Shown here piece after piece: positions 19,418 to 28,894 of a DNA stretch of 64,000 bases. Source of the DNA: an uncultured archaeon. Lineage in GTDB: Archaea; Aenigmatarchaeota; Aenigmatarchaeia; QMZP01. Where the stretch lies: the NCBI GenBank assembly GCA_964484305.1, contig CAZAEI010000001.1, forward strand, positions 26,936-90,935. The letters are read 5' to 3'. The translations under genes and the position numbers were made by a program. The notes beneath the pieces were generated by a model. It did not search any database. It was given only the letters and a program-made list of their open reading frames with translations, and was not told the DNA's origin. How positions within the stretch are numbered: the first letter of the stretch is position 1; each line of letters begins with the position of its first letter.

Positions 19418-20884
19418 CTATTTCTTGAGTGAAAAAACGATGGTATCGAGCTTGGTCATCTCGTCTATGGAGTGGCCGATGCCCTCGCGGCCAAGGCCGG
19501 AGTCCTTGTCGCCGCCGAAGGGGAAGTTCCCCAGGCCGTGGGCCGGGTGGCCGTTGATTGTCACAGTGCCGTCCTCGAGGGCCCTGGCCGTCTTTATGGC
19601 CTTGTCGATGTCCTGGGTGAACACGCTGGCGTCCAGGCCATACCTGGACTGGTTGGCCACCCTGATGGCCTCTGCCTGGTCCCTGACCCTCATAATCGTG
19701 ACAACAGGGCCAAAGGTCTCCTCCCAGGCAATCCTCATGTCAGTGGTGACATGGTCTAGAACAGTGGGCGGGTAGTAGAGACCCTTCAGGCGCTTACCTC
19801 CCAGGAGGACTCTTGCTCCCTTCTCCCTGGCATCCCCCACAAGGGATTCCACCTTTTCAAGGGCCCCCCTGTTAATCAGGGGGCCTATCATGGTCTTGGG
19901 GTTCGGGGTCGGGCCGACCCTCCAGGACTTGGCGCCCCTGACCAGGAGCCTGGTGAATTTATCGGCTATCTTCTTTTCCACGATTATCCTGGAGAGGGCG
20001 TCGCACCTCTGGCCAGAGTACTTGAGCGCGCCGCTGAGGCATTCCCTGGTTGCCAGGTCGAGGTCAGCGTCCGCAAATACCAGGGCAGGGCCCTTGCCCC
20101 CAAGCTCCAGGTGGAGCTTCTTCATCCCGGCCTTGGTGGCTATGCGCTTTCCTACCTGGGTGCTGCCTGTGAAGGATATCATGTTTACCCTGGGGTGGGT
20201 TACAAGGAAGTCCCCTATCTCGGAGCTGGAGCCTGTTATGACATTGAAGACCCCCTTGGGAACCCCGGCCAGCTCGGCCAGCCTTGCGAACATGAGCATG
20301 CATATGGGGTCATCTGAGGCTGCCTTGAGGACAACGGAATTCCCGGCTGCCAGGGCAGGGGCCACCTTGGATATGCTTATGAAGAGCGGGTAGTTGAAGG
20401 GTGATATTGCAAGGACCACCCCGAGGGGTTTTCTGGTAACAATGGCCATCCTGTGTGAGGTCCCTGGAACCAGGTCCCCGGGGATGAACTCTGTTGAGAA
20501 CTTCCTGGCCTCCTCAGCTGCCAGGTGGAGCCTCTCGGCCGTAGCCTTAACCTCGCCCTCTGCGTAGTGGACTGGCTTTCCGGCCTCCCTGGATATGGTC
20601 TTTACAAGGTCGTTCCTGTGCTCCCTGACGAGCTCTGATATCCTGTCAAGGAGCTCCACCCTCTCCACGGTGTCCATGCCAGCTATTGCGGGTCTCGCCC
20701 TGAAGGCCGCGTTTACTGCGGCATCGGCGTCCTTCTTGAGCGCAGAGGGAACCCTTCCCACAAGGGAGCTGTCAGAGGGGTCCCTTACCTCAAAACTCTG
20801 CCCCCCAGAGGCCCTGACCCACCGGCCGCCAATGAACATCTTGTAATCTTTTCCGGCCCTCACGGGCTTCCAGATGTCTGCCAT
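19418..20884 (-). CDS. NAD(P)-dependent aldehyde dehydrogenase (GAPN/lactaldehyde dehydrogenase-like)
   Basis: ALDH catalytic motifs ELGGKGPALVF and FNYPLFISISKVAPALAAGNSVVLK are present, along with the active-site Cys region. The track start at 20941 is TTG; the in-frame ATG at 20884 (MADIWKPV...) gives about 488 aa. Confidence 0.8.
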   Translation of the reverse strand: MADIWKPVRAGKDYKMFIGGRWVRASGGQSFEVRDPSDSSLVGRVPSALKKDADAAVNAAFRARPAIAGMDTVERVELLDRISELVREHRNDLVKTISREAGKPVHYAEGEVKATAERLHLAAEEARKFSTEFIPGDLVPGTSHRMAIVTRKPLGVVLAISPFNYPLFISISKVAPALAAGNSVVLKAASDDPICMLMFARLAELAGVPKGVFNVITGSSSEIGDFLVTHPRVNMISFTGSTQVGKRIATKAGMKKLHLELGGKGPALVFADADLDLATRECLSGALKYSGQRCDALSRIIVEKKIADKFTRLLVRGAKSWRVGPTPNPKTMIGPLINRGALEKVESLVGDAREKGARVLLGGKRLKGLYYPPTVLDHVTTDMRIAWEETFGPVVTIMRVRDQAEAIRVANQSRYGLDASVFTQDIDKAIKTARALEDGTVTINGHPAHGLGNFPFGGDKDSGLGREGIGHSIDEMTKLDTIVFSLKK

Positions 20885-20974
20885 ACCATCAGTTAATATT
20901 TGGATGGGGTCTGTTATAAGCTTTGGTTCCAGGGCTGCCAAAGATATATATATCTGCAGGGGGAATTATAACCC

Positions 20975-22084
20975 ATGGCAGAGAACAGGATTACTCTTTC
21001 TGTGGTGAAAGCTGACATTGGTTCAATAGGCGGCCATATCAAGCCGAGCCAGGAGCTAATCAATACTGTCAGGAAGCATGTCGAGGAGAGCGGGGCAGGC
21101 CTGCTCAGGGACTTCTGTGTGAGCTCAACGGGAGATGACATTGCAATACTCATGACCCATGACCATGGCAAGGCCAGCAAGGATGTGCATAAGCTGGCCT
21201 GGGACGCCTTCCTGGAAGGGACAGAGGTTGCCAAGGAGCAGGGCCTCTATGGAGCAGGCCAGGACCTGCTCAAGAGCTCGTTCTCTGGGAACGTAAAGGG
21301 TATGGGGCCTGCTGTGTGCGAGATGGAGATAAGGGAGAGGCCGAACGAGCCCTTCCTGTTCTTTGCAGCAGACAAGACCGACCCGGGGGCCTACAACCTT
21401 CCGCTCTTCCTGAGTTTCTCTGACCCAATGCACTGCGCAGGGCTCCTGCTTTCCCCGAAACTGAACAAGGGATTCACGTTCAATGTAATGGATGTAAACC
21501 ACACCAAAGGCGACAGGGTGATACCACTCAATACCCCGGAGGAGATATACGATCTCGCGGCCCTTTTACGGGATAATGAAAGGTTTGTAGTGGAGTCCAT
21601 CTTCACGAGGTCCTCGAATGAGCAGGCTGCTGTAGTGAGCACCACCAGATTGCACAACATCGCAGGCAAGTACACAGGAAAGGACGACCCTGTAATGCTT
21701 GTGAGAACCCAGAAGAACTTTCCTGCAACAGGGGAGGTCCTCTCACCGTACAACATAGGCCACCTTGTGGCGGGCTTCATGAGAGGCTCCCATGTAGGGC
21801 CGCTCATGCCAGTGAAGCTCAACTCGACAATATCGTACTTTGACGGCCCGCCCGTGGTGACATGCGCTGCGTTCTGCATGCACAATGGCAAGCTGACAGA
21901 GCCAGTGGATGCATTTGACCATCCCTACTGGGACTATGTAAGAGGGGAAGTCTCAAGGAAGGCCACTGATATCAGGAGGCAGGGATTCTCTGGCGCAGCC
22001 ATGCTCCCATACAGCGAGCTCGAGTACGGGGGGATAGTTGATATACTCAAGAGGCTTGACAAGAGGTTCAGCATAAAGAAGTAA
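20975..22084 (+). CDS. fbp: fructose-1,6-bisphosphate aldolase/phosphatase (class V FBPase)
   Basis: 369 aa. The N-terminus TLSVVKADIGSIGGH is the hallmark of the bifunctional archaeal FBP aldolase/phosphatase. Confidence 0.9.
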   Translation: MAENRITLSVVKADIGSIGGHIKPSQELINTVRKHVEESGAGLLRDFCVSSTGDDIAILMTHDHGKASKDVHKLAWDAFLEGTEVAKEQGLYGAGQDLLKSSFSGNVKGMGPAVCEMEIRERPNEPFLFFAADKTDPGAYNLPLFLSFSDPMHCAGLLLSPKLNKGFTFNVMDVNHTKGDRVIPLNTPEEIYDLAALLRDNERFVVESIFTRSSNEQAAVVSTTRLHNIAGKYTGKDDPVMLVRTQKNFPATGEVLSPYNIGHLVAGFMRGSHVGPLMPVKLNSTISYFDGPPVVTCAAFCMHNGKLTEPVDAFDHPYWDYVRGEVSRKATDIRRQGFSGAAMLPYSELEYGGIVDILKRLDKRFSIKK

Positions 22085-22132
22085 CGTGTTCTTACTGTCG
22101 TTTTTTAATATCCCTGGTTATAATTATTTACA

Positions 22133-24427
22133 ATGAAAACCAGGTTCGTTCTGTGGTTCGAGGAGATAGGCAGAGGGGATGTCAACCTTGTTGGCGGGAA
22201 GTGTGCCAGCCTCGGTGAGCTCTCCAGGAAGACAGGAGTGCCCACGCTTCCCGGGTTTGCAATAACAGCGGATGCCTACAGCCATTTTCTTGAGAAGGCC
22301 AGGCTCAGGGATTTCATAAGGAAGTCCCTGGAGGGCCTGGACACCCACAACCTCAGGGACCTTGCCAGGAGGGGCAAGGCCATAAGGAGAAGGATTTCGG
22401 CGGCGGCCATTCCGCCAGAGATTGACGGGGAGATAAAGAGGGCCTACCAGAGGCTCGGAGCAAGACTGGGAATAGCGAACCCCTATGTGGCAGTGAGGTC
22501 ATCTGCCACTGCCGAGGACCTTCCCGGTGCGAGCTTTGCAGGCCAGCAGGAGACCTATCTCAATGTGGAGGGGGAGGCAGACCTTATAAACAAGGTCAAG
22601 CTCTGCATAGCATCGCTCTTTACAGACAGGTCGATATCCTACAGGGTGGATAAGGGCTTCGACCACCTCAAGGTCAAGCTCTCTGTGGGGGTCCAGAAGA
22701 TGGGGAGAAGCGACATTGGCTCTGCAGGGGTGATGTTCACCATAGACCCTGACTCGGGTTTTGACAAGGTCGTGGTCATAAACGGCTCCTATGGACTGGG
22801 TGAATACCTTGTTCAGGGCAAGATCATTCCGGATGAGTTCATGGTATTCAAGCCCACAATGAAGCTCCTGGAAAGGATTCTGGGAAAAAAGAGGATAAAG
22901 CTGGTCAGGGGCGGACGGGGCAACATCGAGGAGAGGGTTAGCCCAGAGGACCAGGCCGAGTTCTGCCTCACTGACGAGCAGGTAGTGGAGCTTGCAAGAC
23001 ACGCTGTCAGCATAGAGAAGCACTACAAGTCCCCCATGGACATCGAGTGGGTGCTGGACGGGGAATCCGGTAAGATGTACATAGTCCAGGCCAGGCCTGA
23101 GACCGTCTACTCCCAGAAAAAAAAGAACATAATAAAGGATTATGTCCTCAAGGAGGAGGGCAAGCTCCTTCTGGCAGGCACGGCAATAGGGAGGAAGATA
23201 GGTGTGGGAAGGGTCAATGTCATTAAGAGCACCAGGCATATTAACAGGTTCAAGGTTGGTGAGGTCCTGGTCACTGACATGACTGACCCTGACTGGGAGC
23301 CCATCATGAAGATGGCCTCTGCAATAATAACCAATAAAGGGAGTAAGACCTCGCACGCAGCGATTGTATCCAGGGAGCTTGGGGTGCCCTGCATCGTAGG
23401 GACACTGAACGCAACAGATGTCCTGAAGAACGGCCAGGAGTTGACAGTGGACTGCTCAACAGGCCAGGGCAGGATATTCAGGGGCTTCATGAAGTTCGAG
23501 GTTCTGGAAAAGGATGTCAGCAGGATTCCCAGGACAAGGACCAGGGTGATGATTAACACAGGAGAGCCCAACAAGGCGTTCAGCCTTGCAAGGCTCCCTG
23601 TGGATGGGGTGGGCCTCGCAAGGGAGGAGTTCATAATATCCAGCTATGTTGGCGAGCATCCCCTTCACCTCCTCAATACAGGCCAGGGAGGGAGGTACAT
23701 AGACGCCCTGGCCAGGGGCATAGGCAAGATAGCGGCTGCATTCTATCCGAGGCCGGTGATAGTGAGGCTCTCGGACTTCAAGTCAGATGAGTATGCAAAC
23801 CTAAAGGGTGGGAGGGAATTCGAGCCCGAGGAGGCAAACCCCATGATAGGGTGGAGGGGGGCCTCCAGGTACACTGACAAGGTCTTCTACCTCGCATTCG
23901 AGCTGGAGTGCAGGGCCCTGAAGAGGGTGAGGGAGAAGATGGGTCTCAAGAATATTATAGTTATGGTTCCATTCTGCAGGACCCCTGAGGAGGGCAGGGA
24001 TGTCCTCAAGATGATGTCCAGGTTCGGCCTCACCAGGAAGGCTGGCTGGAGGTTCTATGTTATGGCAGAGATACCCAGCAACATCATCCTTGCGGAGGAG
24101 TATGCCAGGATATTCGACGGCTTCAGCATAGGGAGCAACGACCTCACCCAGCTCACCCTGGGTCTGGACAGGAACTCCCAGAGACTGCAGTACCTCTTTG
24201 ATGAGAGGCACCCGGCTGTAAAGAAGTCCATAAGTATGCTTATAGAGAAGGCGCATAAGAACAGGCCCCCCAGGCCAGTGGGGATATGCGGGGAGGCCCC
24301 GTCAAACTACCCTGACTTCACGGAGTTCCTGGTTAAGGAAGGCATAGACGCAATTTCAGTTGAGCCTGACATGGCCCTGAAGACCATCCTCCTGGTGAAC
24401 AGGGTGGAGAAGAGGCTCAGGAAGTAG
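22133..24427 (+). CDS. ppsA: phosphoenolpyruvate synthase (pyruvate, water dikinase)
   Basis: 764 aa with the PEP-utilising enzyme domain order. It contains the ATP-grasp N-terminus GGKCASLGEL and a central phospho-His region. Confidence 0.9.
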   Translation: MKTRFVLWFEEIGRGDVNLVGGKCASLGELSRKTGVPTLPGFAITADAYSHFLEKARLRDFIRKSLEGLDTHNLRDLARRGKAIRRRISAAAIPPEIDGEIKRAYQRLGARLGIANPYVAVRSSATAEDLPGASFAGQQETYLNVEGEADLINKVKLCIASLFTDRSISYRVDKGFDHLKVKLSVGVQKMGRSDIGSAGVMFTIDPDSGFDKVVVINGSYGLGEYLVQGKIIPDEFMVFKPTMKLLERILGKKRIKLVRGGRGNIEERVSPEDQAEFCLTDEQVVELARHAVSIEKHYKSPMDIEWVLDGESGKMYIVQARPETVYSQKKKNIIKDYVLKEEGKLLLAGTAIGRKIGVGRVNVIKSTRHINRFKVGEVLVTDMTDPDWEPIMKMASAIITNKGSKTSHAAIVSRELGVPCIVGTLNATDVLKNGQELTVDCSTGQGRIFRGFMKFEVLEKDVSRIPRTRTRVMINTGEPNKAFSLARLPVDGVGLAREEFIISSYVGEHPLHLLNTGQGGRYIDALARGIGKIAAAFYPRPVIVRLSDFKSDEYANLKGGREFEPEEANPMIGWRGASRYTDKVFYLAFELECRALKRVREKMGLKNIIVMVPFCRTPEEGRDVLKMMSRFGLTRKAGWRFYVMAEIPSNIILAEEYARIFDGFSIGSNDLTQLTLGLDRNSQRLQYLFDERHPAVKKSISMLIEKAHKNRPPRPVGICGEAPSNYPDFTEFLVKEGIDAISVEPDMALKTILLVNRVEKRLRK

Positions 24428-24824
24428 GATAAAGGGACAGAACCTTATCTCTGATGATATCTCTTATCTCCCTGATTTTACGGATATCCTTATTATGCGG
24501 GTCCTCTATGTCCCAAAAAGTAACCTTTTCGGATTCCTTCATGTATTCGGGGCAGACATCCCTCCTGGCCATGAAAAGGCATCTGTCGCAATCGTCAAAC
24601 ATATCCCTTGTCAGGAGTTTGGGTCTCTGGCCTGAAATGTCTATCCCGGCCTCAGACATGAGCTTGATTAACCCGTCCGGCAGGATTTTGTATCTTTCTG
24701 CTGCATGCGGATTCAATCCTGCGCTGGATGCAGAGCTAAAACCACTATAAAACTTGTTATGGAAACCCTCTGCCATCTGGCTCCTGCCTACATTCCCGCT
24801 GCATATATAAAGAACCCTTTCCAT
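24417..24824 (-). CDS. low-molecular-weight protein-tyrosine phosphatase / ArsC-type arsenate reductase family protein
   Basis: 135 aa with a CX5R P-loop (ICSGNVGRSQM) at the N-terminus. Confidence 0.7.
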   Translation of the reverse strand: MERVLYICSGNVGRSQMAEGFHNKFYSGFSSASSAGLNPHAAERYKILPDGLIKLMSEAGIDISGQRPKLLTRDMFDDCDRCLFMARRDVCPEYMKESEKVTFWDIEDPHNKDIRKIREIRDIIRDKVLSLYPTS

Positions 24825-24857
24825 GCAAAAACAATGACCATAAAGAATAAAAGCAGA

Positions 24858-25352
24858 TTATTTCTTGAGTATATCTGCGTGCCTCATTATCCTCTTATAG
24901 GTCTGGTCAAGGGTCTCGGGCATGACCTTGGTACCCATCAGGGATTCCATGAAGCCGGCCTCCTTTGCATACCTCGGGACTATCTGGAAGTGCAGGTGGG
25001 TTATTGACTGTCCGGAGGAGCTTCCAAGGTTCATGCCTGCATTGAATCCCACCGGGCTGAGGGCCTTCCTGAGGAGCCTGATTGTTCTCTTAATCATGTC
25101 ACAGAAATGGGTGAACTCCTCTTCAGTGAGCTGCTCAGGCCACTCAACGTGGCGGAGAGGCACGACCTGGAGGTGGCCCACATTGTAGGGAAAGATGTTC
25201 ATGATGACCATGAGCAGACTGTCCCTGTATATAACCTTCTTGGGAACCCTGGGGTCGTCCCTGGCAATGCCGCAGAAGACACAGCCCTTGTAGGGCTTCC
25301 TCTTTCCGACCCACTTCATCCTGCCTGGTGACCAGAGATAGTCCCTGTACAT
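24858..25352 (-). CDS. HIT-superfamily protein (ATP adenylyltransferase/GalT-like HxHxQ variant)
   Basis: The THLHFQIVPR motif is present, with a Cys-rich N-terminal segment. The track start at 25361 is TTG; the ATG at 25352 abuts the tpiA stop. Confidence 0.55.
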   Translation of the reverse strand: MYRDYLWSPGRMKWVGKRKPYKGCVFCGIARDDPRVPKKVIYRDSLLMVIMNIFPYNVGHLQVVPLRHVEWPEQLTEEEFTHFCDMIKRTIRLLRKALSPVGFNAGMNLGSSSGQSITHLHFQIVPRYAKEAGFMESLMGTKVMPETLDQTYKRIMRHADILKK

Positions 25353-25353
25353 G

Positions 25354-26019
25354 CTAACCAAACCCCTTTAACAATTCCTTGACTGCACGCTCCGGCCTGG
25401 GTGACTTGATCACAGAGGAGGCGACCAAAACCCCACATGTCCCGAGCTCCAGGGCCCTGGAAACATCCTCACCTGTTGATATGCCTGCGCCGCACAGCAC
25501 CCTGTTTCTGGGGTTGGCCCTGCGGGCAATCTCCACTGACCTGCCTATCACATGGGGCTTGGCCTGGGAGACCGAAACCCCTGTCCCTATTAGCTCAGGG
25601 GGCTCGACTGCAATGTAGTCTGGCTTCATGGCCGCTATCCTGCTCACCATGACTGTATAGGGAGCACAGCACACTGTTGTTAACTTATTCTCCCTGGCCC
25701 TTTTTATCCGTTCCCCTATCTCATGGAGGTTCAGGCGCCTCTCAGAGTGGTTTATCAGGGTCCCGCTTGCTCCGGCCGCCTTCACGGCTTCTGGGAGTAT
25801 ATGCCCTGTATGGGCACCGGGCCTGACTGCATCGATATGCTGGGCAAATGTGGGGGTTATTTTGGAAACTGGTGCTATGTCCGGGGGCTGGACAGAAAGG
25901 ATAATCTCTGCCATGGATGTTCTGGAGAGCCTCCTGCATATTTGTGCAAGCCTGAGGGCATGCCTGCCGATGCCCTGCCCGTAGGCCTTGGTGTTGATAA
26001 GAAGGATGTACTTCTTCAT
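25354..26019 (-). CDS. tpiA: triosephosphate isomerase (archaeal short form)
   Basis: 221 aa. N-terminus MKKYILLINTKAY..., catalytic region AVEPPELIGTG. The short length is typical of archaeal TIM. Confidence 0.85.
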   Translation of the reverse strand: MKKYILLINTKAYGQGIGRHALRLAQICRRLSRTSMAEIILSVQPPDIAPVSKITPTFAQHIDAVRPGAHTGHILPEAVKAAGASGTLINHSERRLNLHEIGERIKRARENKLTTVCCAPYTVMVSRIAAMKPDYIAVEPPELIGTGVSVSQAKPHVIGRSVEIARRANPRNRVLCGAGISTGEDVSRALELGTCGVLVASSVIKSPRPERAVKELLKGFG

Positions 26020-26079
26020 TGTTATATTAATATCCCAGCTGCTTAATAAAACCCCGTGGATTGCCCTGCCCTGGGAATC

Positions 26080-26286
26080 CTATTTCTTAAGTTTCTCCAG
26101 AAGCCTTCGTTTCACAAGGGGCCCGCGCTCTTTCCTGGCGCGCTCGCCGGCAAGCTTTATCAGTCCCAGACCTATAACCATGGAGCCAAACAAGAGGTTG
26201 AAGGTAGTTGCCTCCTCGAAGATAAGCAGCAGGGCAAGCATTGCGGTAATGACAAACCACAACCAGAAGAGTTTGTCCCACATCAT
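26080..26286 (-). CDS. small membrane protein (2 TM)
   Basis: 68 aa and hydrophobic. It overlaps the upstream small ORF by 4 nt. Confidence 0.3.
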   Translation of the reverse strand: MMWDKLFWLWFVITAMLALLLIFEEATTFNLLFGSMVIGLGLIKLAGERARKERGPLVKRRLLEKLKK

Positions 26287-26468
26287 TTCCCCCCCAGAAC
26301 CTTCAAAACAGACTTATCCATCTTGATGCCGCTCTGCCTGGCGGCCTTGAGCGATGCAAGCTCCCTCTCAAGTCGCCTGATGGCCCCTTCATGCTCTTTA
26401 AGGCGCCTGTTCAGGGCAGTCACCAGCTCGTCCAGAAACGCCTCGAGGTCTATTTTCTCGTCTGACAT
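26283..26468 (-). CDS. small coiled-coil protein
   Basis: 61 aa, charged and helical with a heptad pattern. It is followed by the 2-TM ORF with a 4-nt overlap. Confidence 0.3.
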   Translation of the reverse strand: MSDEKIDLEAFLDELVTALNRRLKEHEGAIRRLERELASLKAARQSGIKMDKSVLKVLGGK

Positions 26469-26539
26469 AGCATTTCTTTTAGTAAATAGAGGAAAGCTTT
26501 TTTAGCCTACCAGGCCCCTCCAGGCTTAAGGGGGAGCCA

Positions 26540-26743
26540 TCAGATGAGCTCGAACTTGCCCTTCACTGACTTCGGGTTGATGGGCCGGACCTTTCCCTCC
26601 CTGGCCAGCCAGCCGAGCCCCATGCTGACCTCCTTCAGGGTCAGACCAGTAGTCTTCTGGAGCTGGGTCAGGGTGTTGCTGCCCTTGCTGAGGGCCTCCC
26701 AGACCCTTCCGGCATTGACCCCAAAGTATTCATTAGCCTCCAT
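26540..26743 (-). CDS. small winged-helix DNA-binding protein, candidate ParA partner (SegB/centromere-binding-like)
   Basis: The track ORF 26540..26857 overlaps parA. The internal ATG at 26743 lies 1 nt after the parA stop (tga at 26745-26747). The resulting 68-aa product carries a wHTH-like helix (TLTQLQKTTGLTLKEVSMGLGWLAREGKV). Confidence 0.45.
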   Translation of the reverse strand: MEANEYFGVNAGRVWEALSKGSNTLTQLQKTTGLTLKEVSMGLGWLAREGKVRPINPKSVKGKFELI

Positions 26744-26744
26744 G

Positions 26745-27488
26745 TCAACCTCCAAGAAATTCCTCAGTAAGCCGCTGGTAGGCATAAGCCCCCCGGCTCT
26801 CCTTGTTGTAGAGCATAATGGGCATGTTGCTTCTCGGTGCCTCGGCAAGGTCCACATTTATGGGTATCACTGTATCAAAGACTCCCCTTCCATAGACCTT
26901 CCTAATCTCCCCCTCCATCCTGGCTGTGAGGTTGTTTCTCCTGTCGTGCATGGTGAGGACGTAGCCCCTCACCGACAGCCCGGGGTTTATCTCCCTCTTC
27001 ACCATATTCACGGTGTTCATGAGCTGCTCCACACCCCTGGTGGCCAGGTGGTGGACCTGCACAGGAACGAGAACAGAGTCAGATGCAGTAAGCGCATTCA
27101 CAGTAAGCATGCCCAGGGAGGGTGGGGTGTCTATCAGAACATAGTCATATGCATGGCTCTTGAGCTTCCTCTTGAGCTTGAACTGCATGCCGGGGTCGTT
27201 CATAATCTCGACCTGGGCGGCGCTCAGTTTCTGGCTGGCTGGCACAAGGTGGAGGTTCTTTATGCTGGTTGGAACAGCCACGTCCCTTAGCCTGGTCCTG
27301 TCATCGGCCAGGAGCATACTGGAATCCCTTTTGTGCGGCCTGCCTGAGAGATACTCCGTGGTATTGGCCTGGGGATCGAGGTCAAGAACCAGAACCTTCT
27401 TGCCTCTCTGGGCAAGACTGGATGCAAGATTGACGCACAAATCTGTTTTTCCGACACCGCCCTTCTGATTTGCAACAGTGATTATCAT
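26745..27488 (-). CDS. parA: ParA/MinD-family partition ATPase
   Basis: Deviant Walker A KGGVGKT near the N-terminus (ITVANQKGGVGKTDLCVNLA). 247 aa. Confidence 0.8.
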   Translation of the reverse strand: MIITVANQKGGVGKTDLCVNLASSLAQRGKKVLVLDLDPQANTTEYLSGRPHKRDSSMLLADDRTRLRDVAVPTSIKNLHLVPASQKLSAAQVEIMNDPGMQFKLKRKLKSHAYDYVLIDTPPSLGMLTVNALTASDSVLVPVQVHHLATRGVEQLMNTVNMVKREINPGLSVRGYVLTMHDRRNNLTARMEGEIRKVYGRGVFDTVIPINVDLAEAPRSNMPIMLYNKESRGAYAYQRLTEEFLGG

Positions 27489-27638
27489 GTTTTATATTAT
27501 TATACGGCCTGGCTTAAATGTTTTCACTGGAATTGAGCACAAATCGCTGTTTTTGTTTAAACAAAGCTTTATCTTGGCCGGGGGGTATAATATAACTATA
27601 CATGATCAGCGTCGGGTGCGGATTAGATGGAGTAGGAA

Positions 27639-28838
27639 ATGAAGGTATTGATGTTGGGGTGGGAATTCCCCCCCTTTAGTTCTGGCGGTCTGGGCACGCA
27701 TTGCTATAACATCACAAGGGCCCTGAGCAAGAGGGGTGTGGATGTAACCTTTGTCATGCCCGGCTCCTCTGATGACGTGCACTCTGATTTTGTCAGGATA
27801 ATCAGTGCAGGAAAACAGAAGCTGATAAAGGTCGGGGTCTCCCTCAAGCCCTACCTGCCGAGCCTTCCGATAACAGCGGCCAGGAATTCCAGGGTTAGCA
27901 ACGACAAGGTTTACGGGTATGGGTTCTTTGAGGACGTCCGCAGGTATACAGAGATGGCCTCCCAGGCAGTCAGGGATGTGGATTGCGATGTGATTCACTG
28001 CCATGACTGGATGACCTTCCCTGCGGGGATAAGGGCAAAGGAGGAGAAGGAGAAACCACTTGTTGTCACCGTACACTCCACTGAATTCGACAGGAGCGGC
28101 TCGCTGTGCCCCAACCCATGGATATCGGATATCGAGTGGAAGGGGATGTACCACGCTGACAGGGTTATTACTGTCAGCAGATACATGAAGAACCAGATTA
28201 TGGAGAGGTATGGTGTGCCCGGGGACAAGATAGAGGTTGTCCACAATTCAATCGATATGGGGCGCTACTCAAAAAGGAAAATCCGGTTCGGTCTTGACGA
28301 GAAGATTGTGCTCTTCCTGGGAAGGCTGACCCTCCAGAAGGGACCCGACTACTTCCTCCGGGCAGCCAAGAGGGTCCTGGATAATTATAAGAGCGTCAGG
28401 TTCATTGTGGTGGGAACAGGGGATATGCTTCCCCAGCTTATTGATTCAAGTATAAATATGGGCATAAGCAACAGGGTTATATTCACCGGTTTCCAGGAAG
28501 AGATAGATGATTACTACAGAATGGCTGACCTCTATGTGATGCCCTCGGTATCAGAGCCCTTTGGCATAACCGCCCTGGAGGCCATGGCCTCGGAAACACC
28601 CGTCATAGTTTCCAGGCAGTCCGGGGTCTCAGAGGTTGTAAACCACAAGCTCTCTGTTGATTTCTGGGATGTAGACGAACTCGCGAGCAAGATGCTGGGA
28701 ACCCTCAGGTATGAATGCGTCAGGAGGGAGATGGGCAGCAACGGCCACAGGGAGGTCAGCAGGATGAGCTGGCTTGACGTGGCAGACAGGACCATGGAGG
28801 TCTATTCAGAAACCATGAAGTGCCACCCAGCAGGTTGA
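27639..28838 (+). CDS. GT-B glycosyltransferase (GT4/GT5), archaeal glycogen synthase-like
   Basis: N-terminus MKVLMLGWEFPPFSSGGLG. Near the C-terminus is an E-x7-E block, EPFGITALEAMASETPVIVS. The gene heads a glycogen-metabolism cluster. Confidence 0.7.
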   Translation: MKVLMLGWEFPPFSSGGLGTHCYNITRALSKRGVDVTFVMPGSSDDVHSDFVRIISAGKQKLIKVGVSLKPYLPSLPITAARNSRVSNDKVYGYGFFEDVRRYTEMASQAVRDVDCDVIHCHDWMTFPAGIRAKEEKEKPLVVTVHSTEFDRSGSLCPNPWISDIEWKGMYHADRVITVSRYMKNQIMERYGVPGDKIEVVHNSIDMGRYSKRKIRFGLDEKIVLFLGRLTLQKGPDYFLRAAKRVLDNYKSVRFIVVGTGDMLPQLIDSSINMGISNRVIFTGFQEEIDDYYRMADLYVMPSVSEPFGITALEAMASETPVIVSRQSGVSEVVNHKLSVDFWDVDELASKMLGTLRYECVRREMGSNGHREVSRMSWLDVADRTMEVYSETMKCHPAG

Positions 28839-28894
28839 GTGTCTTCGGCTCGGTCAAGTATAAATTGAGCCAAGATAATATTTTAGTGGATTCA

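Noticed and set aside
26540-26857. The 105-aa version of the small wHTH ORF as listed in the track
   Set aside because: Its first 38 codons overlap the 3' end of parA in another frame. The internal ATG immediately after the parA stop gives a cleaner 68-aa gene.
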